Shown here: in pieces, positions 34,765-44,005 of the stretch
Layout: each line of letters starts with the position of its first letter
Position numbering within the stretch: position 1 is the stretch's first letter
Assembly (NCBI GenBank): GCA_027493375.1
Contig: JAPVWO010000240.1
Location: 175-64,174 of the forward strand
DNA: 64,000 bases
Direction of reading: 5' to 3'
Origin: Candidatus Multivorans thiocomprendens
Lineage (GTDB): Bacteria; Acidobacteriota; Thermoanaerobaculia; Multivoradales; Multivoraceae
Made by a program: the position numbers and the translations under genes
The notes under the pieces: model-generated
What the model was told of the DNA's origin: nothing
What the model saw: the letters and a program-made list of their open reading frames with translations, nothing else
Database searches by the model: none

Positions 34765-36219
34765 TTACGCCCACAAACCTCGAATGACCTCGCCCTTCAC
34801 GAGTTCCCTCGGCTGGTCCAGGTGATTCAGAATCTCCATCGCGGGATCGATCCCCAGCGTGTGGTACACGGTCGCCAGCAGGTCGTTCGGGTGGACGGGC
34901 TTCTCGCGGGGGGCGGAGCCGGTCTCGTCGGACTCGCCGTAGAGCTGGCCGCGGGAGACGCCGGCGCCGGCGACCAGGGCGGTGTAGCAGTAGGGCCAGT
35001 GGTCGCGGCCGTCCGGGGAGTTGCTGTTGCCGGAGGTGCTGACGCCGAGGCGCGGTGAGCGGCCGAACTCGCCGACGGCGACGACGAGCGTCTCGTCGAG
35101 CAGGCCGCGGTCGTCCATGTCGGAGAGCAGCGCCGAGAGCGCGCGGTCGAGGACGGGGCAGTGCAGGTTCTTGAGCGGGGCGAAGTTGGCGGCGTGGGTG
35201 TCCCAGGAGTCGACTTCGGGGTTGCCGTTGGCGACCGCGGGCCAGTTGAGCTGAACGAAGCGGGTGCCGGCTTCGATCAGCCGCCGCGCCATCAGGGCGC
35301 CCTGGCCGAAGGTGTTCTTGCCGTAGCGCTCCCGCGTCTCGTCGCTCTCGTTCGAGAGGTCGAACGCCTGGCGCGCCTTGCCGGAGAGGACCAGGTCGTA
35401 GGCCTTCTCGTAGTACTCGTCGAGGGCGGAGTCGGCGACCGCCTTCTCGAGTTCGGGCAGCGAGGCGTTCAGGCCCTTGCGAAGCTCGAAGCGGCCGGCG
35501 AGGCGTTCGGGCGAGGTCTCCTCGCGCAGTTCCAGGTCGCTGAGTTCGATCGGCTGGTTCGGGTCCTGATAGAGACGGTACGGGTCGTAGGCCTTGCCGA
35601 GGAAGCCGGCGGCGCCGCCCTTGCCGATCACGTTCGATTCCTGGAGCGGCCGCGGCATCTCGACGAAGGGGAGCATCGCGTCGTCGAGCGGTCTGAGCCT
35701 GGAGACGTGGGAGCCGGCGGTCGGAAAATCGGCCGGGGTCGGCGGCTCGAGCTGGCCGGAGGGCGAGACGCGGTCGGGCGGGTAGCCGGTCAGCATCTGG
35801 TAGATCGCCGCGGTGTGGTTGAAGAGCCCCTTCGGGGTGTAGCTCATCGAGCGGATCAGGGTGCACTTGTCGACCTGCTCGGCGAGCATCGGCATCGTTT
35901 CGGAGAGCCGGATGCCGTCGACCTTCGTGTCGATGGCGCCGAACTCGCCGCGGATGTTGGACGGCGCGTCCGGTTTCGGATCCCAGATGTCGATGTGGCT
36001 GGGGCCGCCCTGCAGGAAGAGCAGGATGACGGACTTCGCGCTGCCGAAGCCCTTGCCGCCGGCGAAGGTGTCCACCGCCGCGGTCGCGGCGTGGGCGTCA
36101 CGGAGCGCCAGGGTCTGGCTGAGGGAGATGCCGAAGATGCCGAGCGAGCCGACGCGGAGGAACTCCCGCCGGGTCGGGCCGTCGCAGGTGTGGCCGGACT
36201 GTCCTGGGATGACGAGCAT
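34765..36219 (-). CDS. DUF1501 domain protein (sulfatase-like, Tat-exported)
   Basis: AAGGAG lies 8 nt upstream of the ATG. It has a twin-arginine signal TRREFLRVGSLGIFG and LFLQGGPSHIDIWDPKPDAP. The layout throughout is typical of DUF1501. Confidence 0.9.
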   Translation of the reverse strand: MLVIPGQSGHTCDGPTRREFLRVGSLGIFGISLSQTLALRDAHAATAAVDTFAGGKGFGSAKSVILLFLQGGPSHIDIWDPKPDAPSNIRGEFGAIDTKVDGIRLSETMPMLAEQVDKCTLIRSMSYTPKGLFNHTAAIYQMLTGYPPDRVSPSGQLEPPTPADFPTAGSHVSRLRPLDDAMLPFVEMPRPLQESNVIGKGGAAGFLGKAYDPYRLYQDPNQPIELSDLELREETSPERLAGRFELRKGLNASLPELEKAVADSALDEYYEKAYDLVLSGKARQAFDLSNESDETRERYGKNTFGQGALMARRLIEAGTRFVQLNWPAVANGNPEVDSWDTHAANFAPLKNLHCPVLDRALSALLSDMDDRGLLDETLVVAVGEFGRSPRLGVSTSGNSNSPDGRDHWPYCYTALVAGAGVSRGQLYGESDETGSAPREKPVHPNDLLATVYHTLGIDPAMEILNHLDQPRELVKGEVIRGLWA

Positions 36220-36329
36220 GATTCAGCTCCTTTGGCTGGGTGACTGGCTCGCCGCTTCGCGGCGTCGCGCTTGGTGCCGGCCAGATGGCCGGCGCACCGA
36301 CAGTCGGGTGGCTCTCCGGTTGGAGTCTC

Positions 36330-38534
36330 CTACGAGTTGAAGAGAAAGGCGTTCGAGTTGAGAAGCGCCCACATGAGATCCTGGGCGGCGGCGGTGCGGC
36401 TGCCGGCGGCCTTGAAGTGACCCTCGGCGAGCACGGATTCATCGTCGGTGGGGTAGCGGCCGAGGGTGGCGAGGTAGAGCTCGGCGATCAGCTCCTCGTT
36501 GTCCAGCCCTCCGAGGACGAGGTTCGCCACGCGGCCCTCGGGGTCGGCGATCGCGTCGGCGATGACGGAGCCGTTCAGCAGGCTCAGCGCCTGCGGCAGG
36601 CTCATCTCCGTCTTCCGCTCGCACTCGCAGGCGGTCTCGCGGTCCGGCTTGCCGAACAGGTCGAGGAAGCCCTCGATGCCCATGCTCGCCGTCATCACGT
36701 GCGGATCCGGGAGCGCCGTGGCGTCGAAATCCTCGGGCAGGGTGTCGATCTCGAAGCGGGAACCGGTGGCGCGGGCGACGGCGTCGGCCAGTTGCTCGGC
36801 GCTGAGCCGCCGCGGTTCGTGGCGAGAGAAGTTGATCCGGTCGTCCTGGTTCCACTCGTTCGTCCGGAAGGACGACTGGTAGGTCCGCGAGGTGGCGATC
36901 GTCCGCATCAGGTGGCGGAGGTCGAAGTCGTTCTCGATCAGGTCCGCCGTCAACGCGTTGAGAAGATCCGCGTTCACCGGCTGGTTCGACGCGCGGATGT
37001 CGTCGACCGGGTCGATGATGCCGCGGCCCATGAAGTAGCTCCAGACGCGGTTCGCGATCGCGGGGGCGAACCAGGGGTTGTTCGGCGACGTCAGCCAGTC
37101 GGCCAGCGCGGCCCGGCGTCCGGCGCCGTTGCCCGGTTCCGGCGCGCCCTCGACCGGCACCAGGTACCTGGGCGGCACGACCGCGTTCGTCTTCGGGTGC
37201 AACTGCTCGTTGTCCCGGCGCTTGTCGAAGACGATCTCCTCGCCGGTGCGGAAGCCCGGGCGGACGCCGAGGCCGGCGAAGAACGCGGTCATCTCGTAGT
37301 ACTGGTTCTGGGTCCAGCGCTCGAAGGGGTGGTCGTGGCACTGGGCGCAGACCATCCGCACGCCCATGAAGAGCTGGGTCGTGGTCTCCATCGCTTCCTT
37401 CGGATCGCGGGCGGCGCGGTAGTAGCTGGCGGCCGGTTGATCGAGGGTGCTGCCGGAAGCGGTGACCAGTTCGCGGACGAGCCGGTCGTAGGGCCGGTTC
37501 TCCTCGATCGCTTCGCGCAGCCAGCCGCGGAAGGTGAGCATGCCCTTGTAGCTCATGAACTTCCGGTTGCTGCGCAGAAGATCGCCCCACTTGAGGGTCC
37601 AGTGGTCGACGTAGGCGTCGCTCGCGATCAGCTCGTCGACGAGGCGGCTCCGCTTCTCCTGGGTCGGCGCGTCGTTCTCGAGGAAGGCGCGCACCGCCTC
37701 CGGACTCGGGATCCGGCCGGTGAGGTCCAGCGAGGCCCGCCGCAGGAACGCGGCGTCGTCGATGGGGGCCGAGGGCTGGACCTCGATCCGCTGCAGCTTC
37801 TCGTCGATCAGCTCGTCGATGTAGTTGGCCTGGGGCAGGGCGGTCCACTCGAAGCCCTCGCGGCCGCTGAGCACGGTGACCGGCGCGGTCGTGAACTGCC
37901 CTTCGTAGCGCACGAGGAGCGTGCTCTCTCCGCGGCGGAGACCCGTGGCGACCGGGCCGGACGGCGTCTCCTCGATCGCCATCGTTTCCGTGTTGCTGCT
38001 GGTGACGTGGGCCTCGCGCGTCACGTCGCGGCTCTTGCCGTCGTCGTAGTGCGCGATGACGGTCGTCTGCTGCCGCATCCCCGGCCGGTTCATGAAGACC
38101 TCGGCCGGGTGGAACTCAAGGCGTTCGACCCGGTCGCGCGCGGGATCCCCGTAGGGCACGCCCGCCCTGATCCAGTCGAGGATGAGGTTGTAGTAGCGGC
38201 CGCCGAGATCGAGGCGCAGGCCGCCTTCGTGGGGGACCTGCATCGTCGGCTTGGCGAGCATCAGGGAGCGCTCCGGGTCGGCGCGGTTGAACCGCCGGCC
38301 GGACATGTCGTAGAGCAGCGACTGGTAGTCGAACTCGGGGTCGTAGCCGCGCAGCGACAGCTTGAAACCGTTCTTGCCCTTGGCTGCGCCGTGGCAGGTG
38401 CCGTTGGAGCAGCCGACCTTGTTCATGGCGGGCAGGACGTCGCGGATGAAGGTGACGGGTTCGGCGGCGTCGGTCGCGGCGCCGGGAATCATGGCGGCGA
38501 TCGTGAGGGCGAGGGCGATGCAGGGACTCTTCAT
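36330..38534 (-). CDS. PSCyt3/DUF1549/DUF1553 domain protein
   Basis: GGAGGTGA lies upstream of the ATG, which forms an ATGA overlap with the upstream gene. It has a signal peptide, CSNGTCHG, the DUF1549 block FLRRASLDLTGRIPSPE and the DUF1553 block VCAQCHDHPFERW. Confidence 0.9.
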   Translation of the reverse strand: MKSPCIALALTIAAMIPGAATDAAEPVTFIRDVLPAMNKVGCSNGTCHGAAKGKNGFKLSLRGYDPEFDYQSLLYDMSGRRFNRADPERSLMLAKPTMQVPHEGGLRLDLGGRYYNLILDWIRAGVPYGDPARDRVERLEFHPAEVFMNRPGMRQQTTVIAHYDDGKSRDVTREAHVTSSNTETMAIEETPSGPVATGLRRGESTLLVRYEGQFTTAPVTVLSGREGFEWTALPQANYIDELIDEKLQRIEVQPSAPIDDAAFLRRASLDLTGRIPSPEAVRAFLENDAPTQEKRSRLVDELIASDAYVDHWTLKWGDLLRSNRKFMSYKGMLTFRGWLREAIEENRPYDRLVRELVTASGSTLDQPAASYYRAARDPKEAMETTTQLFMGVRMVCAQCHDHPFERWTQNQYYEMTAFFAGLGVRPGFRTGEEIVFDKRRDNEQLHPKTNAVVPPRYLVPVEGAPEPGNGAGRRAALADWLTSPNNPWFAPAIANRVWSYFMGRGIIDPVDDIRASNQPVNADLLNALTADLIENDFDLRHLMRTIATSRTYQSSFRTNEWNQDDRINFSRHEPRRLSAEQLADAVARATGSRFEIDTLPEDFDATALPDPHVMTASMGIEGFLDLFGKPDRETACECERKTEMSLPQALSLLNGSVIADAIADPEGRVANLVLGGLDNEELIAELYLATLGRYPTDDESVLAEGHFKAAGSRTAAAQDLMWALLNSNAFLFNS

Positions 38535-41017
38535 TTGGCCTTCACCTCCATTCGCGCGGTCACGGGGACCGTAGTGTAGGCGGAGCGGACTTCCCGCTCG
38601 CCGGCCAGCCAGGACGACGAGGCGATCAGGAAGTCGTAGTCGCCTGCTTCGACCGCGTCCGACGCCTCGCAGTCCAGCCGGAATCTGCCGTCGTCACCGG
38701 GCTTGATGTCGGCGCTGTCGCAGACGACGCCGGTGGGCAGCGCGTCGGCGCGGAGTTCGACCGGTTGCCGGAAGCTCTCCTCGCGATGGAGGACGCCCTC
38801 GACCGAGCCCTTCCTGCCGGATCGGACGCTCGCCCTGTCGACCTCGATCCGGTAGCCGGGGACGATTTCCAGCGTCACGCCGGGTGTGTAGAGCCGCTCG
38901 GGACGGCCGTCCACGGTGATTTCGCCGGTGAGGGTCACGGTGTAGCGGTCGTGCTGGGTGCCGTCGCTGCTTCGGATCAGCTTGCTGCCCTCGGACTTGT
39001 TGTAGTCGGCCTTCTCGGTCGTCTCGACCCGGAACTCGCCCACGCCCACGCCGATCAGGGCACTGACGACCATGGGTGGTTTGGTCGCGGTCTCTTCGCC
39101 CGGCGGGGGTTCGAACTTCCACCCGAAGTCGAATGGCATGCCCTTGACCAGCCTGACCGTCTCGGGCGCCAGACCGACGAGCCGCGGCCCGGTTCGGCCG
39201 GTGAGGAGGACAGGCAGGCGCGTCTCCAGCCACGGAGCGCTGAACGACCGCTCGGCCTCTGTCGTGTAGCTGCGGCCGTCGCCGGCGCGCACGCTGGTCA
39301 CGCTTCCCGGCACGGTCGCGCGCCGGCGGATGACGGTGCCGTCCTCGAGCACGGCTTCGCCCCAGATCTCCAGGTCGAAGCGCCGGCGCGGAGCGTCGAG
39401 ATCGGCGGTGACCAGGATCCGGCCGGAGCGCGCCAGAGTGCGTGTGTCGAGGTCGCGCACCTCCCTGGTGATCCATCCGTCCCGGGCCTCGATGCCGGCG
39501 GGCGGTTCCTCGACGTAGAGGCGGATCGGACCCAGATAGCCGCGGCGCACCGCGCCGACCTCGATCGGCTTCGAAGCGCCGTTGTTGAGCGTCAACTGGG
39601 CGGTGCCGAGGCGGAGCTCGAAGTCCGGGCCGTTCGCGGTCGCCGTCAACCGGTAGCCGAAGCGCGGACCGCCTCGTCCGACCAGGTCCTCGACCGCGAC
39701 GTGCAGCTCGTCCACTCCTGCCGGCGCCTCGACCACCACCCAGGGGTCGAAGGAGGTGGCGGTCGGCGACAGGAGTCGGAAGGTGTCGGGGTCGGGGATG
39801 TCGTCGCCGGAGGAGGCCAGGTACTCGCCGTCCGGCGTGGCGACGGTCAGCACGCCGAACAGGTCGGAGGAGCCGAGCGCGGTTCCCTCGACCTCGATGA
39901 GGAGCCTCTGGCCCGGCTCGGCGGCGATCCGGTAGCGGTCCACCTCGCCGGCGTCGTCGATCCGGCCGTTGACCACCACGGGCGTGCCGAGAGTCTCGTC
40001 GACGGCGGTCTCGCTTTCGAGCACTTCGGGATGGTTGCCGACGATCACCCGGAACGGCAGGGCCGCGCTTGCCTTTGTGGCGACGGGCGGGCCGACGCTG
40101 TCGAAGGCGTTGTCCGTGTCGGCGGCGCGGGTGACTTCCCTTGTGGTTGCCGCGCTGCCGCCGGTGAACCCGAATCGCGTCTCCTCGCCGCGGCGCGCTC
40201 CCAGCGGGAAGACGGCGTCGGCGTACTCGTAGTCCGACGCGGCGATCAGCTTCAGACGGTAGAAGTTCCGCCGCTGGTCGCTGTAGCGGGCATCGTGGAC
40301 TTCGACGACGTACTCCCCGGCCTCGGGCGGCTGCCAGTCGAGGCGGGCATCGACATCGATGCCGGGTCCCTCCTGGTTGGAGGCGATCTCGCTGCCTTCG
40401 CTGTCGAGCAGCCGGAGCACCGGATCGATTGCCGAGCCGACGCGCCGTGCTTCGACCTCCAGGACGACTCGCTCGCCAGCTTCTGCGCGGAAGCGATAGC
40501 GGTCCCGCTCCGCTCCATCGAGCGTGCCGTTGACGACGACCGGCAGTGCATCGATCCGTGGCGCTTCGGTGGCGGCGCTGCTGTCGCGGATGCCGTCCCG
40601 CAGGCTCCGCTCGGACACTTCGGACACGGTGTCCACCCGAAACAGCAGCGCGTTCGACAGCCCGTCGTCGCTGATGGCGCGCAGCGGGTAGAGCCCCGGC
40701 GCGGCGTCGGCGTCGATCTCGACCAGAAAGACGGCGGCCTGGAGGTTGCGGTCGTTCGGCCGCCGCTGTTTCTGCAGCCGGTCCTCGTCGGCGGCCTCGC
40801 CCAGGCGGGCGAACGAACCGGACAGCGTGCTCTCGATCTCCATCTCGCTTGCTATGCCGTAACCCTCGATGACCAGCCTCAGGGCCCGCCCCTGCTGGCC
40901 GCCGTGCGGATGCATGTCGACGAGATTCGGCGGCGGCCCCGCGGCGGCGGCGGCCGTGGCGAGGCCGATGCCGGCGAGCGCCTGACAGGTGCTTCGCAGC
41001 AGCTGGCGGCCGTTCAC
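38531..41017 (-). CDS. secreted multi-domain protein with repeated PPC (pre-peptidase C-terminal)-like modules
   Basis: The GTG at 41017 overlaps the WD40 stop (GTGA) and gives VNGRQLLRSTCQALAGIGLATAAAAAGP. It has repeated modules of the type VVNGTLDGAERDRYRFRAEAGERVVLEVEARRVGSAIDPVLRLLDSEGSEIA and VVNGRIDDAGEVDRYRIAAEPGQRLLIEVEG. The upstream 352 codons of the track ORF are wrong-frame read-through. Confidence 0.7.
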   Translation of the reverse strand: MNGRQLLRSTCQALAGIGLATAAAAAGPPPNLVDMHPHGGQQGRALRLVIEGYGIASEMEIESTLSGSFARLGEAADEDRLQKQRRPNDRNLQAAVFLVEIDADAAPGLYPLRAISDDGLSNALLFRVDTVSEVSERSLRDGIRDSSAATEAPRIDALPVVVNGTLDGAERDRYRFRAEAGERVVLEVEARRVGSAIDPVLRLLDSEGSEIASNQEGPGIDVDARLDWQPPEAGEYVVEVHDARYSDQRRNFYRLKLIAASDYEYADAVFPLGARRGEETRFGFTGGSAATTREVTRAADTDNAFDSVGPPVATKASAALPFRVIVGNHPEVLESETAVDETLGTPVVVNGRIDDAGEVDRYRIAAEPGQRLLIEVEGTALGSSDLFGVLTVATPDGEYLASSGDDIPDPDTFRLLSPTATSFDPWVVVEAPAGVDELHVAVEDLVGRGGPRFGYRLTATANGPDFELRLGTAQLTLNNGASKPIEVGAVRRGYLGPIRLYVEEPPAGIEARDGWITREVRDLDTRTLARSGRILVTADLDAPRRRFDLEIWGEAVLEDGTVIRRRATVPGSVTSVRAGDGRSYTTEAERSFSAPWLETRLPVLLTGRTGPRLVGLAPETVRLVKGMPFDFGWKFEPPPGEETATKPPMVVSALIGVGVGEFRVETTEKADYNKSEGSKLIRSSDGTQHDRYTVTLTGEITVDGRPERLYTPGVTLEIVPGYRIEVDRASVRSGRKGSVEGVLHREESFRQPVELRADALPTGVVCDSADIKPGDDGRFRLDCEASDAVEAGDYDFLIASSSWLAGEREVRSAYTTVPVTARMEVKAK

Positions 41018-42216
41018 GGCGCGCCTCCGGCGGTCGTCACTCCCTGGGGATTGCCTTCGAGCGGCACCGGCACGAACTCGTGCAGCAGTTCGCCGTCGCC
41101 GGCGCGGTAGAGCCTCAAGCGACCGTCGAAGCCCGCCGTCGCCAGCTCGGCGCCGGTCGGGTCGAACGCCATGGTGTAGATACCGGCGCTGTGGCCCGAG
41201 GCGGTCGCGGTCCGTTCGCCGGTCTCCAGGTCGTAGATCGGCACCGTCGCCGCGGCGCCTCCGACGGCGAGACGCTCGCCGCGCGGGTCCACCGCGAGCG
41301 CGAAGATCTCCCCGTCCTGGCGCTCGAACTCCCGGACCAGGGTCGAGTCGTCGGCGATCAGCATTTTCCGGGCGCGGTCCATCCGGTAGTAGTAGGGCAC
41401 ACGGTCCTCGCCGCCGATCACGACCGCCTCGATTCGCGGGTTCCGGACGACGGCCGACAACTCGCCGCGCAGCAGGTTGATGTTCTCGACGAAGGCGCCG
41501 CTCGAGGCGTCGATCAGCTTCGCGGCCCGGTCGCGGCCGACGGAGACGATGCGCCGTCCGTCGCCGCCGAAGACGACCCCGAGCACCCAGTTCTCGTGGT
41601 GGTTCATCCTCAGCAGCTCGCGGCCGCTGGTCGCCTGGTGGATGCGCACCGTGTGATCGGCGCAGCCGATCGCGAGCCGGCGTTCGTCCGGCGACACGGC
41701 GAGGCCGAACAGGGTGTCGTGGCAGAGCATGTTCGACACGCGGAGCTCCCCGTTCTCGACGTCCCAGATCTGGATCTCGCCGAAGCGCGCCGGCGTCCCG
41801 CCGGTGGCGATCAGCCGACCGTTCCTGAGAAACGCGAGTCCCTGGATGCGCTCCGAGACGCTGCTGAAGCGAGCCTCCAGGCTGTCGCCGCCACCGATCT
41901 TCGAGCGCCGGTGGAGCAGCACCTCCCGGTTCCCCGACACGGCCAGCCACTCCCCGTCGGCGGAGTAGGCGACTGCCGTGATCACCGGCGGCTGGCGGTA
42001 GACGATAGGCCCCGTCGCCGCGCCGAGCCGCATCTCCTCCGGCGTGTCGTCCGCGGCCCCGGCCGCGATCCACTCGCTGATCGCCGCGATCTCCGCCTCC
42101 GCCAGCGGTTCCGCCCGCATCGGCATCGCCGGCTCGATCTCCCCCCGGAGCATCCGGAGCATCCGGCTCTCATCCGGCTTGCCGTCCGGCGGATGCGGAC
42201 CAGAAGGTCCGCGCAC
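41014..42216 (-). CDS. WD40/beta-propeller repeat protein carrying only the distal half of a PSCyt1 cytochrome-like domain (5'-truncated)
   Basis: The sequence GPSGPHPPDGKPDESRMLRMLRGEIEPAMPMRAEPLAEAEIAAISEWIAAGA corresponds to the second half of PSCyt1 (compare the intact copy at 44006..47929). No CxxCH and no signal peptide are present, and an in-frame TAG lies 10 codons upstream of the GTG at 42216. WD40-like repeats follow. Confidence 0.75.
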   Translation of the reverse strand: MRGPSGPHPPDGKPDESRMLRMLRGEIEPAMPMRAEPLAEAEIAAISEWIAAGAADDTPEEMRLGAATGPIVYRQPPVITAVAYSADGEWLAVSGNREVLLHRRSKIGGGDSLEARFSSVSERIQGLAFLRNGRLIATGGTPARFGEIQIWDVENGELRVSNMLCHDTLFGLAVSPDERRLAIGCADHTVRIHQATSGRELLRMNHHENWVLGVVFGGDGRRIVSVGRDRAAKLIDASSGAFVENINLLRGELSAVVRNPRIEAVVIGGEDRVPYYYRMDRARKMLIADDSTLVREFERQDGEIFALAVDPRGERLAVGGAAATVPIYDLETGERTATASGHSAGIYTMAFDPTGAELATAGFDGRLRLYRAGDGELLHEFVPVPLEGNPQGVTTAGGAP

Positions 42217-42343
42217 CCAGAGATCGGGCGTTGCCCTTGATGGACTTCTCTACTGGCGCCGTCGAGCCACTGCTACCTCTGGATCCCAGGAACGAACCGA
42301 CGAACACCACGGAACCGAGAGCCCGTAGCACGACGACCTCCAG

Positions 42344-42518
42344 CCTGAGTCGGGTCCGGAGGGGGCGGACTCCAGCGGCCTTGGAGCGAGCGACTCCCAA
42401 CGACCCTGCGCAAGGCAACGACCAACCGAAGCGAGCGGAACGGAGTGAGCGCCATCCCCCCAATCTCCCCTGAGCGCGAACGTCCGATGGAGACCGCCCC
42501 CTCCGGGTCCGACTCAGG
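42344..42518. repeat. 175-bp element bounded by 25-nt imperfect inverted repeats (MITE-like or structured RNA)
   Basis: cctgagtcgggtccggagggggcgg (42344-42368) pairs with ccgccccctccgggtccgactcagg (42494-42518) at 23 of 25 positions. The 125-nt interior contains further short hairpins (ctccagcggccttggag, ggagcgagcgactcc). It lies in the 317-bp gap between DUF1501 and the truncated WD40 gene. Confidence 0.5.
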
Positions 42519-42533
42519 CGGGTGTTCACCAAG

Positions 42534-43928
42534 CTACGCCAGGATCGAGGTGACCACATTGCCGTGGACGTCGGTGAGGCGGAAGTCGCGGCCGCCGTAG
42601 CGGTAGGTGAGGTTGGTGTGGTCGATGCCGAGGAGGTGGAGGACGGTGGCCCAGAGGTCGTAGATCGTGACCGCGTCGTCCGTGACGTGGTAGCCGAAGT
42701 CGTCCGTCGCGCCGTGGATCGTGCCGCCCTTGATCCCGCCGCCGGCGAGCCAGATCGAGAAGCCGAACGGGTTGTGATCGCGGCCGTCGGCGCCCTGCTG
42801 GAACGGCGTGCGGCCGAACTCGCCCGCCCAGATGACGAGCGTCTCGTCGAGCAGGCCGCGGGCCTTCAGGTCCTTCAGGAGCCCGGCGATCGGCTGATCG
42901 ACCTGGAGCGCCATGTTCCGGTGGCCGACCTCGAGGCCGGTGTGCTGGTCCCACGGGTTCGCCGCCTGGCCCGCGTCGGTCGGTTCCGGCAGACAGCTCA
43001 GCTCGACGAAGCGGACGCCGCGTTCGACCAGCCGCCGGGCCAGCAGGCACTGGCGGCCGTAGTCCGCCGTCGTCCGGTTCGCGTGATCCAGCGCGTAGAG
43101 CTCACGCGTCGCCCTGGTCTCGCCGCCGATGTCGCAGAGTTCGGGCACCTCGGCCTGCATCCGGAACGCGGTCTCGTAGTTGCGCACCGCCGCCTCGACG
43201 TCGGCGTGGCCGCCGAGCCGCTCGATGAAGGCCCGGTCCATCGCCTGCACGAAGTCGAGCCGCTCGCGCTGCGCCGACGGCGCCTCCAGCGCCTGGATGT
43301 TCTGGACCGCGTCGTCGGCGTCGCCGCGCAGAATGGAGCCCTGAAACTCGGCCGGCAGGTAGCCGTTGCCGTAGATGCCGACGCCGCCGTGCGGGATGCC
43401 GGCCTGGCCGCTCTGCAGGACGACGAAGCCGGGCAGGTTCTCGTTCTCGGTGCCCAGCCCGTAGTTCACCCAGGCGCCGGCGGAAGGGTGACCGACGAGC
43501 GGGAAGCCCGTGTGGAAGAAGTAGTTGCCCTGGGCGTGCTCGTTCACCGTGCTGGTCATCGAGCGGATGACCGCCAGGTCGTCGACGCACTCGCCGACGT
43601 GGGGGAACATGCTGCTGACCGGGATGCCGCTCTCGCCGTACTGCCGGAAGGGAAAGGGCGAGGCGAAGATGTTGCCGTTCTCGTTGAACTGGGTGCGCTC
43701 GATCTTCGTCGGCATCGGCTTGCCGTGATCGCGGTCGAGCCGCGGCTTCGGGTCGAACGAGTCGACCTGGGAGACGCCGCCCGACATGTAGAGGAAGATG
43801 ACGTGTTTGGCCCGGGCTCGCGGAGCGCCGCGGGCGGCCCCGGGCAGGAGCGCCGAGCCGAGCATGCCGTTCAGCGCGATGGCGCCGAACCCGGTGGAAA
43901 CCTGTGCCAGCATCCGCCGGCGGCTCAT
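42534..43928 (-). CDS. DUF1501 domain protein (sulfatase-like, Tat-exported)
   Basis: The ATG at 43928 (aa 69 of the track ORF) gives [23 protein letters not shown]. It has [18 protein letters not shown]. It is a paralogue of 34765..36219. Confidence 0.9.
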   Translation of the reverse strand: MSRRRMLAQVSTGFGAIALNGMLGSALLPGAARGAPRARAKHVIFLYMSGGVSQVDSFDPKPRLDRDHGKPMPTKIERTQFNENGNIFASPFPFRQYGESGIPVSSMFPHVGECVDDLAVIRSMTSTVNEHAQGNYFFHTGFPLVGHPSAGAWVNYGLGTENENLPGFVVLQSGQAGIPHGGVGIYGNGYLPAEFQGSILRGDADDAVQNIQALEAPSAQRERLDFVQAMDRAFIERLGGHADVEAAVRNYETAFRMQAEVPELCDIGGETRATRELYALDHANRTTADYGRQCLLARRLVERGVRFVELSCLPEPTDAGQAANPWDQHTGLEVGHRNMALQVDQPIAGLLKDLKARGLLDETLVIWAGEFGRTPFQQGADGRDHNPFGFSIWLAGGGIKGGTIHGATDDFGYHVTDDAVTIYDLWATVLHLLGIDHTNLTYRYGGRDFRLTDVHGNVVTSILA

Positions 43929-44005
43929 CAGGGAACATGGGCTCGGGCATTGTCCGTCCCGAGGTAGCTCTTCTCCCCGAGCGCGGTGGAGACGTACGTG
44001 ATCGC

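Noticed and set aside
38531-42073. N-terminal extensions of track ORFs 38531..42073 (first 352 aa), 44006..48244 (first 105 aa) and 61601..63514 (first 442 aa)
   Set aside because: The extensions are R/G/P-rich wrong-frame read-through of the upstream gene. Plausible starts with signal peptides and start/stop overlaps (GTGA at 41014-41017, ATGA at 62185-62188) define the real genes.
42344-42518. Identity of the inverted-repeat element as a known RNA (SRP/4.5S because of ggtccgga..., or tmRNA, RNase P, tRNA)
   Set aside because: The conserved SRP GGAA-loop context, tRNA cloverleaf/T-loop (GTTCGAATC-type) and RNase P/tmRNA signatures are not present. I kept it only as an unclassified repeat or structure.
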